Origin: Patellaria atrata CBS 101060
Lineage: Eukaryota
Assembly: GCA_010093705.1 (NCBI GenBank)
Contig: MU006109.1
Coordinates: 1-64,000, forward strand
Length of the DNA: 64,000 nt
Reading direction: 5' to 3'
Shown: piece after piece, positions 35,197 through 46,999 of the stretch
Position numbering within the stretch: the first letter of the stretch is position 1
How the letters are laid out: the number at the start of each line of letters is the position of its first letter
Program-made: the position numbers and the translations under genes
Notes under the pieces: model-generated
The model's database searches: none
What the model was told of the DNA's origin: nothing
What the model saw: only the letters and a program-made list of their open reading frames with translations

Positions 35197-37259
35197 TCAC
35201 ACAATACTGACCCTTTGAATTCTATGGCGATTCATCAGCGTTTTCAATGAGATGCTGTTGAGGCAAAGTGTGGCAGTTCCAATCCTCTCATATTCCTCTA
35301 GGTTTCTCGTAGACCTGATAATCAATCCCTGGAAAGCAGAGCTTTGGGACATGACATTAAGATATCGAATCTTATTTTCATATAGCCCCGATAGGTGTAT
35401 GTCGGGCCAGAAAGGAATGGATTCGCCCTCAATCAGTACCACCCATACGGTATGATGCTCTGTCTCGGTTCCGGAGTCCTTACGTATTACAACCGGGATA
35501 TTTTGCGATTCTATGACTAGTCTTCCAGAAGGGACTTGTCCAAATGGATTCTGGCCTCCGAAAACGCATGACGCTTCTATGACAGATGCACCCTTCGCAT
35601 CTTTCTCAAAATATGAGTAAGATGGGAAACCCGCAGTAGAGTGATCTAGTTCAGGGGAGTCCGGTCAGGAGATACCACAATCAACAGAAGACCAAGACCA
35701 CGTTGGTCTACGTGATTTGAATAACGCAAGCTCCCCAGTCTGATCGCAGCGCCAGAGGAGATCGAATGGGAGAGCATTTCTCCACAGTCCAGAGAGATAT
35801 TCGCCTTTAGTAGCATCAGCAAACAGTTTCGAAATCCCAGAAAGCGCAGGAAGCCTGTCTTCAGTGACCGTCAAGCTCTGGCGAGAATAGCTCTTGACGA
35901 TCTCCCTCCACATGAGTCTCATCGAACGCACTGAGAATGGATTGGAGAGGCAAAACTGTATAGCTGACTGCATATTGTTGAGTGAGGCTCTTATGTCGCC
36001 ACATTCACACCATGTGGATTCTTGACATTCCCATATGAGCTCTGTTCGCGTGAAATGGACAATACGTGTTGGAAGGTTTCGCTCCTGGAAGGCCCACCCA
36101 CGAGAAAGAGGTCTATATTTGGTACTGATATCATATTTCCATCTAATATCAGTCATTCCTCGGCAGAATGTCAAGTCTGGTGGTCTATACTTCTACGAGT
36201 GTAGACTCCGCACTCTTTTCCAGTGCGATCCGGCAAGGTCAGTTCATCCCTCGACTCGTCAATATCTCGTAACTTTAGAAACCATGCATGAGAATACGTT
36301 GATGATGTCGCAGCAAGGACTAAGTAAGCGTTTCCGTATATGAAACCCATTTTTGAAGATTCCCGGTCGAAGTCAGCCTGATCCTTCTGAATTATGCACA
36401 GTGCATCTATCCAGATGTATTTGATTCCAAGTTTAAGGTCACTTCAATAGCATCGAACAGCGTCTGAAGAAGTTCTTGCTTGGTAATTCCATCTTCTCTC
36501 ATTTTCAGTGTACTCATCTCTGTTGTGAAACCAGAACAATTGTCTCCCCAGCAATAACTCAGTGCTGTATAGGATACATTGTGGTCGTTCGGTGTGTGAA
36601 TGACTCGTCCTATAAATCTTTCATTTCCTTCCAGATGAATTAAGCGGGTAGGTAAGATCCGGCTACGATTGCTGTTTCCGCTTGTTGTGCTCGTAAGAGC
36701 CTGCTCGAAAAAAACATGTGCATTGCATTTCGTATGGGTACTACATATACTAGGCCAAGCCCGGAGAATAGTCTCTGCAATTTCTGAAGTCATCTCCTCC
36801 CGCAGTACTTGAGGCGAAGGAATCTCGGGGCGCTGATTTGGCCGAGCTAAAGTTGACATGGTAAGTATTCGAATCGTGACGTCAAATTCTTTGACGGGAT
36901 ATTGTTGTAATTACAACATATTCTTACTATTATCATATGACATGATGCAATTGTGAAGAAAGTGCCCACGTACAAGGATCAGTATATATCTCAATGGTCT
37001 GCGCATTGGCCCAGTTTCCTTTCACTACAAGTGTATTGTTTAATCTAATATTGAGTGCATTTTCGGAGTTCATGCACCTCCAATTTTCCAATCCAACATT
37101 GTCATGTTTGATTATTATTTCCTGGAGGAGTGAGCAGAAGGAACACCGATCTTTTGCCCGACTAAGGCTGCCCAAAGTAGTGTTCTTCTGGATGGTTTGT
37201 GGGAGTTGATTGGACAATGTTGACGGAATCTTTACCCATCCACAGTGCTTACAAGACAT
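35197..37259 (-). pseudogene. HET-domain (heterokaryon incompatibility) pseudogene
   Basis: LPTRLI and YTALSYCWG, then a frameshift near 36435 before GIKYIWIDALCIIQ..MGFIYGNAYLVLAA. Also RGWAFQER, DRLPALSGI, YLSGLW and PTWSWSSV, followed by a premature TGA at 35665. Confidence 0.85.
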
Positions 37260-38388
37260 ACTGAAATGATTTGATATCCACGATTTGAAGGACGAATTCG
37301 TAGTGGAAATTGTGGTTTATATGAGTGTCCATACACTTTCGTGACCGACAGACAAGGCTGACTTCTGGTGTAGCGAGGAAGTTTTGATAGGTTCCTGGTG
37401 AACAGGCTACAAGCAAGGTTGAAGATAAGGAACGCATAATTCTCCTTTACTGACTGCGCGGGACGACCAATCAGTACAGCAACACGATATTTTCTTTGCG
37501 AGCGCGCCTACACTAATCTCTTTACCCACGTATGAAGCGGAAGTGGACGTATATACATTGTACCAGGGATCTAGGGCCGCTCTGGTACTGACCAACCGAT
37601 GATACTTCCGCACTTCGTTGTAGGGTGAATAGGTACAGCTATATGATAATTCTTTTGCTCGCGCGGATGGGCCGAGTCTTTTGTGTTCCTAGGCGTCGGA
37701 AACCTACGTGTATGCTTCGCGCTGAGTATCCGAAACCGTTCTTTTAACGAACAACCCACAATTTCTCGCTGCCCCACAGCGCCGTTTCACAGTGCAGTTG
37801 AGCCAAATTTTCTTTGCAGCCCGTGAAGGTTATACTCTTTACCGTCCCCAGAAGCGGAAGTATACATATATACCTTAAGTTCGGTATATGAAATACATCT
37901 CGCACCGGCCAAACAATGATCTTTTCTCACTCCGTGGTACAATGAATCGGTATAGACAGGTGAGATCCCTTTTTTACGCTTGTGAAAGGTAAACTCTACC
38001 TTGCAAGAAAGCGGAAACGTATGTGTATACTTTGACTGAGTATCTAAGACTTATAATTTAGCGCATATATGTCGGCAGCGGTCAAACAGAGAAAAGTCCT
38101 ACAGGATAGGATATAGATAGCGAATGCATGTTCTATGTCTAAGAACGGGGTCGTCGTCGTGAAAATAGGGTTTGATTAAGTAATGCTAAGCACGTATTGC
38201 GAGTTAGTAAGACCCTGTTAACCTTATTTTCCCTAGGCTCGACTTGAAAAAGTGCAACCTCCAGCAACAAACCCAAACTCCTGTTGCGATGTCTTCCACC
38301 TCCACATTTCTAGATACAGAGAATACCCATGACATTTCAGGATTCTACGTCACAGTCAATTTGAGAAACTGGAGGACCTATTTCCATC

Positions 38389-39426
38389 ATGCCCAATTTC
38401 AACCACCGTGAACCCACATTCCCGCTCTCCAACAGCTCGCGTCATAAACCCCGAAGGCTCCCACTCGTGCTTCGATTTGTCAAAGGCGCCGTACATGGAG
38501 TCATTGTCATTCCTGTTATCCTCCATGCTATATTCACCGCGCTGATAGTCGCTCTGGACTTCTATGTCGGTAATCTTGGTCTACCTAATAATTTCGTCCC
38601 GTCACTTTCAATTGTCGTGGGTCTCATGCTCGTATTTCGCAATGGAACGAGCTACGATCGGTTTTGGCAAGGCCGTAATCACTTTACGGCCATCATAACT
38701 TCTTCTCGAAACCTTTGTCGATCTTTCTTAACCAATTGCTCAAAACCGGGGGAAGAACCGAGTGAATCTGAACGTGCCGATACGGAGAAGATAGTGAGGA
38801 CTATGATAGCCATACTACATGCGGTCAAAAGCAACCTCCGGGCCGAGTGGACCACGTCACCTACCACATCACTCAATGGATCGTCTCTTACAGCAGATGC
38901 CTCAATCATGCAAGCAGTCGGACCAGGGTTACGGCCAGAGTTTAGTGGATTGCTTGACCCATCTATCGAAAGCTTAGAGGACCGAGGAATTGGGCTACCA
39001 TTGCAGCTAACCGTCTACGTCGAGGCGTACATCCGTCGTGCTCTACATCGGGAATGGATATCTGCTCCATACGGTGCGGGATTGACCGCCCAGCTCAACA
39101 CCTTGGTTCAGTCTTATGGTGCAATGGAGACTATCCGTACGACGCCCATACCTGTCGCTCACCTTATCCATCAGAAACAGGTTCTAGCTCTTTACACCTG
39201 TGTACTTCCATTTGCTATGGTAGATGAGCTAGGTTGGTGGAGCATTCCAATCGTTAGTCTTGTTGCATTTACGCTCTATGGCATTGAAGGGATCGGAAGT
39301 CAGTTGGAAGATCCGTTTGGGTATGATAGGAATGATATAAAGATGGACGCTATTGTGGAAGATGCGCGTACGGAAATTGGAGTCCTTCTTGATGAATGGA
39401 GAGGGGGAAGTGACCTGTTCATGTAA
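38389..39426 (+). CDS. Bestrophin-like / UPF0187 (YneE) membrane channel
   Basis: LMLVFRNGTSYDRFWQGR, ETIRTTPIP, GIEGIGSQLEDPFGYDRND. Confidence 0.9.
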   Translation: MPNFNHREPTFPLSNSSRHKPRRLPLVLRFVKGAVHGVIVIPVILHAIFTALIVALDFYVGNLGLPNNFVPSLSIVVGLMLVFRNGTSYDRFWQGRNHFTAIITSSRNLCRSFLTNCSKPGEEPSESERADTEKIVRTMIAILHAVKSNLRAEWTTSPTTSLNGSSLTADASIMQAVGPGLRPEFSGLLDPSIESLEDRGIGLPLQLTVYVEAYIRRALHREWISAPYGAGLTAQLNTLVQSYGAMETIRTTPIPVAHLIHQKQVLALYTCVLPFAMVDELGWWSIPIVSLVAFTLYGIEGIGSQLEDPFGYDRNDIKMDAIVEDARTEIGVLLDEWRGGSDLFM

Positions 39427-39762
39427 AAGTCGAAATGCGTGATGGTTTTAAAAGATACCCATTTCCTTTTATCTCGGATTCCATTCCCTCAGTAAAGGAA
39501 CTTTCTTTGAATCTATCTCCTTCATTCCATTAAGATATTATGTAGTGGTGGAAATACAAGTGTATTGCTGCGTAGCAATTCCAAATAAAAGTTTCATTTA
39601 CCATATTGTCAACCTAAACGCAGACCGGGAACCTGGACTTCTACATGATAAAATTATCTACTGAAAGAGCACCCACCGGCCCTGAATGATTTTGTATCAC
39701 ATGGACGTGTCCCTCGAACGCCTTTATGGTACAGGTGACCTTTGTCAGACAAAATGATCATT

Positions 39763-41587
39763 TCACCTCCTTCCTAATTTCCATCTGCTGATTCGCTCTT
39801 GAATCTCAGCCCAACCGAGATCTTTGGTCTCAACACCTTCCTCCTCACCCTCCTGTAATACAACTGTCGGTGCTCCAGATCCCTTACCCCGGTTCTCAAC
39901 TAAACCTCCAAAAACCTGTCTTGCAACCCGCTTCAAGTCCGCTGCCGTAACATTATCGATATCACTACACATGCGCTTGACACCAAATCTCTTGCCGTGA
40001 ACCTGTACCTGTCTACCGAGATCCTCTAACTCAACCATCCTACTCTCCAGGTTCATGAGAAGTGACGATTTGAGTTGATTTTTTGCTCGTTGAACCTCTG
40101 CACCCCTGAGTGCGTGGAGACCAGAGTCTAATGTCAAGGCCTGTAGTTCACGGCACATGACCTCTAACATTTGGCTGACACGATTCGGGGTGCAAGAGGC
40201 GGCGATACCGAACAGTCCGCTGTCCGAGTAACTATTGTTGAAGGAGACGCAAGATTCAACCCACCCATATTGGTTGAGAACGTTGGTGTAAAGGCGGCTA
40301 TACATTCCTTTACCAGGGCCACCAGCACTGAAGGAACCACCGCCACCTAGAAGAGTCTGAAGGATTGCAAGGGCATAAATGTCGGGAGAAGAAACGGGAA
40401 GTGCTTCAAATGCGAGATGAATATGGGATAGTGTACGAACGACAGGATTACGAGGAGGTGGTAGACGTGGGAGAGAGAGGAATCCACCTGTGTAGTGTGA
40501 GGAGGCGTTAAGATCAGGAGGGAAAAGGTCTATAAAATTATCGGCTGAAGTTTGAACGGATGCGTTGGTTGTAGCAGAAGTAGAGAGGTTTTTAAAAAAG
40601 GGGACCTTAGCAAAAAGTTTCGAAGGTTCTTGTAGCGGCGTTGCTGCACCCTGACCAGTTGATGATTGCTGGTTATGCGAGGGTTCGACTACGGCAGAAT
40701 TTCCACTTATGGAAGCTGAATTACCATACTGTGCAAGGACAGGACCACTATTCTTTTCCATGCTACCAAAATATTTCTTTGCAAGCTCAACGGCAGATTG
40801 ATGGTCAACTCCAGCAAAGGCAACCACCATTCTTTCAGGAGTGTAGAGAAGCTTCCGATATTGATTGACTACATTAGAGTCTATTTCGTTCAAACGTTCG
40901 GCGGGACATAGGAGTGGATTTCCCAGGGTGTTGTCTTTATATGCAGCCATGTGGACTAACTCCGGAAGGATAAGCTCGGGTTTTGACCAAATTTCTCCTA
41001 TTTCATAACTTGCAGTCTCGAGCTGCTGATGAACTTCATCTTCCGTGATAAGAGGCTCTCGAACAGTCTCAGCCAATACTGCGACAGCATCGGGAACAGA
41101 GGAGTTGAATGTTGCCGCTTGGTACATGATTGTCTCTCTTGAGGAGGCGCATTGTATGTTTCCCCCCAGCGTTTCCAAGGCTTCGAACATCTGATCTGCT
41201 GTCCTAGATGCTGTCGACTTGAAAGCTAAGCGGTCCATAATGTGGCTCACGCCTTGTAAGGTTTTGCCTTCGTATCTTGAGCCGGCATCAACATAGACTC
41301 CAACTCCGGAGAAAGGACCAGGTAGTGCCTCGGTTGCGACGCGAACGCCATTGGGTAGAGTAGTAATTTTATCTAATTCGACTGGATCCTGTAACGAAAT
41401 ATAGTCAGAAGGATGAGCGCAGCCTAGATTATGCGAGACATTAGATAGAAGGGAAACATACCTTTTCCTCGGCTCTTGCGGTTGCTAAACCTCTTTGCTG
41501 ACATGCTGTGGGTATGAGATGAGAAAGCGAGGTAGGGGAAAATCTCAACACATGCGCAATGGAACTTATACCAGATAATCGTTGCAT
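39763..41587 (-). CDS. MAS2: Mitochondrial processing peptidase alpha subunit, 2 exons (41587-41462, 41388-39763)
   Basis: Presequence, TTLPNGVRVATE..DAGSRYE..GVSHIMDRLAFKST, glycine-rich loop GGGGSFSAGGPGKGMYSRLY. Confidence 0.95.
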
Positions 41588-42655
41588 ATCAGGATGATTT
41601 CCAGATAGAGATTGAAACGTAGAAGTGATGAAATATCAAAAAAGTTCGTTCGGGGGTCGCGCACTTTGCCGCAATCGACTTGTCGGGAAGTTTGCACTGT
41701 TTGGTTCTGATGCATCGTTTGATTTTGATCCTTGCCGTTTTAGCCACTTTAGTCCTTGCAAAGTAGAAATGAGGTAAGGTAAGCAGCACGTAAACAAAAG
41801 TAACGGTTGTAAGTTAAGGTACCTATACTTTGATAACCTATTAGGTCGCTGTGAACTGAAATACTACGGCACGTACGGATATCCGTCCATAAGGTATCCG
41901 TCATAAGTACGGAGTACCTTAACAGGATTCCAGTTACATCAATGGATCACAGAAGACTCTGACCTTACCGAGCAACCTTCTTTTGCCACGCAAAATAAAA
42001 AGCTAGGCAAGGCTAGAGGGTACTGTGCCGTACCATACCATGATAATGACAAGTTTATACTGTACAGGATCATTCCGCTATAACTCAGTATATCGATGTA
42101 ATTGAGGTCTTGGGGAGAGAACTTCATCCATAGCGGATGCATCTTGCTCTTCCGTTGTGCGATATACGGTACCTATCGCACCTGACTAAGCACTCAGTTA
42201 GGTATATATGCTGTCCTCCTTCAGTCTCCTCTGGATCAGACACTTCAATCTACATTTTTTCTTCACTTTACATGCCATTACCACCTTACAGTACCACTGA
42301 ACCGTTTGCAATCTATGGATATCTTGCGGTACGAATATATATCACTTAACCTACCGTAACTTAAGGTTGTGTTGTATCTTAGTAAGGTTTCCGTTATAAG
42401 TTAGCAACTATAAAATACAAAGTAAAGTAAAGTAAGGACTATCTACTCCGTACCACGGCTTATCCCTCATGTTCCCCCTCTCTCTGCCGACAACACCTCC
42501 TACAATGCATTCCTAATACCAACTGTACTGTACTCTAGCTTGATTCATAGAAGCTCCGTAAGGGAACATCTCTCGTATACCGGTGAACGTTCTGTGGTGA
42601 AGGAACTGTAGTTACAAATCCACGTTGTGAGGTGCGAGGAGCGAGGGTGCGCAGC

Positions 42656-44536
42656 ATGTTCACAACACCTACTACCCCTTCAGCCCCCACACTGTCCACC
42701 ACCACTTCTCCCGCTTCGCCGACTTCTCCACGTTCAGGCGGATTTCGTTCTCTGAGCTCCCTCAGAAGCTATACTCACAGTAGACTTCTCACTCATTCGC
42801 ATTCGAGGGAGAACCATTCATTCACCTCTCGGCCACCCCCGAATACCACCAACACCCCTCTACCTACTCCCGAGGCGCATGTGAGCACTTCCTCCACACC
42901 TGTTTTACAATCCGCCGCGGCCAGTCAGTTAGTTGATACAACACAGAGCGAAGCTCGCTATATCACAACTAACGACTGTACTGCACACGAATCCCTCCGT
43001 TTGTGTCCCAGTCCTTCTTCGGGATAAAACGCTTTATCGCTAACATAACCTCCTTGCGCAACAGATCAGGTATCTCCTGAATCAACACTTACATATACCA
43101 TGACGAGAAGTCGAGCCCAAACTACAGGTACACAGCCGAATGGACAACCGAATGGGCAATCATCTCAAGGTGGCGAAAACTCGCTCGCAGCGCATTTACC
43201 CTCCATACGATTCACGCCACATCAAGATTCAAGAACATCGCGACCTTCCCTAGTCTTCCCCCCTATATCCCGCATTCTTCCTCATTCAAGCTCTGTAATC
43301 CGGGTAGGGCGCTACTCAGAAAGAGATAACACTCCAGATGTCGCTCCCAACCAACCGTCCGATGCCGCAGTAGGTTTTAAGTCCAAAGTTGTTAGCAGAA
43401 GGCACTGCGAGTTCTGGTGGTCCGATAATCAATGGTGGATCAAGGATGTCAAGAGCTCGTCTGGTACTTTCTTGAACCATATACGATTGAGCCAACCGGG
43501 TCAAGAGTCCAAACCGTACGCTTTGAAAGATGGTGACGTGGTACAGCTCGGCATTGACTTTAAAGGTGGTGAAGAAATGATCTTTCGATGTGTTAAGATT
43601 AGGATCGAGTGTAATAGGGGCTGGCAGAATCAGGTGAACACCTTCAAGTAAGCCATCATGCCAACCGCTATGTTTGTTAAAATACTGATCTCACACGGCA
43701 ATAGCACCGAGGCTTATAAACGTTTACTTGGAAAAGCAAAGAAGGGGAATGATACAGATTGCGCAATATGCTTGATGGCCATAGCCGTAAGCTTCCTCCG
43801 CTCCTCCGAGCTTTTATTCGGCGTTAGTTGACTCAAACTCTAGCCTTGCCAAGCACTCTTTGTAGCTCCTTGTTCTCACGTTTGGCACTACAAATGCATT
43901 CGTCGCATTCTTAATGGTTCCACCTGGCCTAATTTTCTTTGCCCCAACTGTCGCGCGGTTGCCTACCTTGAAGCAGATATTGATGATCCTAGCGATTTCG
44001 AGATTCCCAAAGATGAGGAGGACGTCGAAGTAACCGCCGCTGCTCCTAACCCAGAGGTAGAAGAACCGAATCGTCGTCAACCGCATAATGCGGCAACAGT
44101 TAACCTTGGTGGAAGCAACGGTCAGACTGATGATGGATATATCAATCATGCAGATCTTGCCGCAGCCATGAATGGAATATCTGTACATGAATCAGGGCCA
44201 GGCTTTCTCACTCCCCCCTCTGATCAACATCATTCCAATGAAACGTCAGCAGATGAGCTGCCCCCAATCTCTTCAAGAGCAACCGTTCAACCACTAGCGA
44301 TATCGGGTGTTTCTCCAAGACCTTCAAGTCGTTCCACGTCCAACATTGTGCTAGGCTCATCAAATAGTCCAAGGAGAAACCTAAGTCCCGAAATCGCTTC
44401 ATCGGACTGTCCAATGACACCCAGAAACAATGCGGGTCCCTTCATCCTAGATGGAAGCGCTGGACGAGGCCGATCTGCTGAAGGTTTAAGAGACAGTGCG
44501 AATGATACTACAGAAGGAGCTCACAGGTCGATGTAG
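42656..44536 (+). CDS. DMA1: FHA + RING-H2 E3 ubiquitin ligase (Dma1-like), multi-exon
   Basis: FHA motifs VGRYSE..FKSKVVSRRH..DVKSSSGTFLN. Spliced RING CAICL..PCQALFVAPCSHVWHYKC..CPNCR. The first exon boundary is uncertain. Confidence 0.88.
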
Positions 44537-45301
44537 TATATACCCATTAAGTATTACCGTGTATTAAGATACCCCCACTCCCTTTGACACACGCGCTCCC
44601 CAGTAACCCATCCTATCTCCTAGAAATTAGGCGAGTAAGAACAAGCTCCCGAGGACAAATCACGATATAATGTCATTCTTGTCTCCTCTCCCATATCCAG
44701 CGTCTTCCTCCATTACAAACAATCCGCTGTCTACAATTATCCTCGATGTTCATCACAAACTCCTGAACCTAAATTTCCTATTGTCATTTGCATCTATGTT
44801 CGTTCTTTCTCAAGGTCAAACGTTGTAACTTAGCGAACTTCCGCAGGGTTAATTAGGACAGGGTGCATATGAGGCGTCTGGGTGGTCTCTAGGTAATGCA
44901 TATTTCACTAATCGTGGAAACGCGTAAAATTATAATTGTACTTATGAGGATGGGACCATAACTTAATTGCCCCAATTCAGGTTTCATGCATCAATGGCTA
45001 TTTACCTGTGAGGTCTACTAGTTGTCAGTGCTCTTTCACGCGAGATTCTATATATCGACTAACCATTTATTATTATTGGCTCTATTTCCTCACTATTATC
45101 AGTTTCAATTCACTTTTACAGCCCGATGGAAACATGACTTCACTTCATCTTCCCTTATAGGCATTCACTATCCCCTATGTACTAGGCAACGGAACCTCTA
45201 GAATTTTCGTATCTCACAGTGAGAGATGGGTTATTGGACATCTAACTAATTGTGACAGATTTTTGTACAGAGTTATCATGCAAAACAGTTTCCCTTTCTA
45301 C

Positions 45302-46582
45302 TTATTGCACTCTTCTCGGTGGTTCCCTAATTCCCATATGAGGTTTATGCCATTCCGGAACAAAAGCTTTGACTCTAACTGTCTTCTCTTGTCCTCCATT
45401 CTCGATCCACTTCATCCCAAACTCTGTTCCCGGTTTCCACATTGTGGAAATACTATCTACTGTCAGCTTGACATCCGTCATCATCTCCAGACGACACATG
45501 GCTAGTCCTATATTTCCTATCCCAGCAATCCATCTACCTGGAGAATTACGCGATTTGACGTCCGCGTCTGTACGCTTGATAACGGTGTTTACGGGGGGAT
45601 TTATTACATTATCCCATGATGGATCGTAAGATTGAAAATTAGGCGGTGACGCTTGTTTCTCTGGAGAACCCGGTTCGGGATATAATTGGACGGGTAGGAC
45701 ACGTTCAGCAGAAACACCTTTGAATTTCGTCATGTGTGTTTTCTCTTGACCGACATAACAACCTTTTCGAAAGTGGATGCCAGACATATAGTCCATATTT
45801 AACTTTAGCGGCAGAGTAGTCGCTGGGGGGATCTCGCTCTGCCCCTCTGGGATGCCTGTTAAGTACCGCCTTATGGTATAGGAATCTATGGTTGTCTGAT
45901 CTAACTCCTCAAATGGGGCCAAAGACTTTGGTGACATATCTGCGGGTAAGACTAATCGATCACCAAATCCAGGGACTCGCGGGTCGGGAAGTATTATATC
46001 GTCCTGAGGTGACGGCGCAAGCTGCTGCTCCAATTCTGGACTTGTCCCAGTAGAAGCTGCTGCTGCGGCGTCTACTATGGGAGCTTGCTCTTTTACATTT
46101 TTCCTCCATGCTGCCCAAATAGCCCATTCATCATTCTCTATAACTCTAATATCTATCTTACTCCTGAGTTTATACCTCTTGAGATGTTTTGATAAACCCG
46201 CTACTTCTTTCGCATCCACCTCGATAAAATATGCGTATTCTTCCTGCCCAGCATTATTCGCACCTAGCCATTCCTTCCATTTTTTCGACCATCCCACTCT
46301 GTAAACGAATGTATCGTACAACACTTTCCCATCCGCCGTGAAAAACCCAGAATACCATCCTCGGGGTGGATTTGCAGCGGTAACGTTGTTGCTCGTCAGG
46401 CCTTGAAGGAACTTGCCTGCATCAATTCCGGATAGTGATATTAGGCGGCGGTCGCTGAGCTGTGCGATTCCCGAAGCTGGCGGCGCGGGAGGGAGATTTA
46501 CGGCGGTGCTGTAGGTGCGTCTGTACTTACATCGGGCGCAGATGAACACATCAGGTCTCCTTATGGTCCTTGAAACTCGCAT
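45302..46582 (-). CDS. IBA57: Mitochondrial Fe-S assembly factor Iba57/Caf17 (GcvT/YgfZ family)
   Basis: Presequence, GIDAGKFLQGL, KGCYVGQE signature. Confidence 0.93.
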   Translation of the reverse strand: MRVSRTIRRPDVFICARCKYRRTYSTAVNLPPAPPASGIAQLSDRRLISLSGIDAGKFLQGLTSNNVTAANPPRGWYSGFFTADGKVLYDTFVYRVGWSKKWKEWLGANNAGQEEYAYFIEVDAKEVAGLSKHLKRYKLRSKIDIRVIENDEWAIWAAWRKNVKEQAPIVDAAAAASTGTSPELEQQLAPSPQDDIILPDPRVPGFGDRLVLPADMSPKSLAPFEELDQTTIDSYTIRRYLTGIPEGQSEIPPATTLPLKLNMDYMSGIHFRKGCYVGQEKTHMTKFKGVSAERVLPVQLYPEPGSPEKQASPPNFQSYDPSWDNVINPPVNTVIKRTDADVKSRNSPGRWIAGIGNIGLAMCRLEMMTDVKLTVDSISTMWKPGTEFGMKWIENGGQEKTVRVKAFVPEWHKPHMGIREPPRRVQ

Positions 46583-46999
46583 TGGGATGAGGTAAAAAGT
46601 ATATCAGTCGTTCCCACAGTATATGCGTAAGATAGTTGTACTGAAGGTAACTAACTGTATGTCGAGTTTCGTCATTCTCCCTTGCAGTAGAACTACTTGT
46701 TCTACGGCATAATCCCGGCAACCCGCCTAGAACCCGAACTATCAACCACCAAGGCACCATTTTCGAACAGTAGTAGATATACTACGCCTGAAAAGAGACT
46801 TCTGTTAAGCAAGAACACGATAAATTTCACATGGTGATATGTTTCTGCATTCATCTAAGAATAAGTATACCAACATTGAGAGTTCGTTGAACCGTAACAC
46901 CCTTGCCGTGAGGTATCATGATTTCCACCGCGAAACCTTGCAACATGTGTCATGCCCATAATCCTAGAAATAATAGCAATACAAGAATTGCGAGCACGT

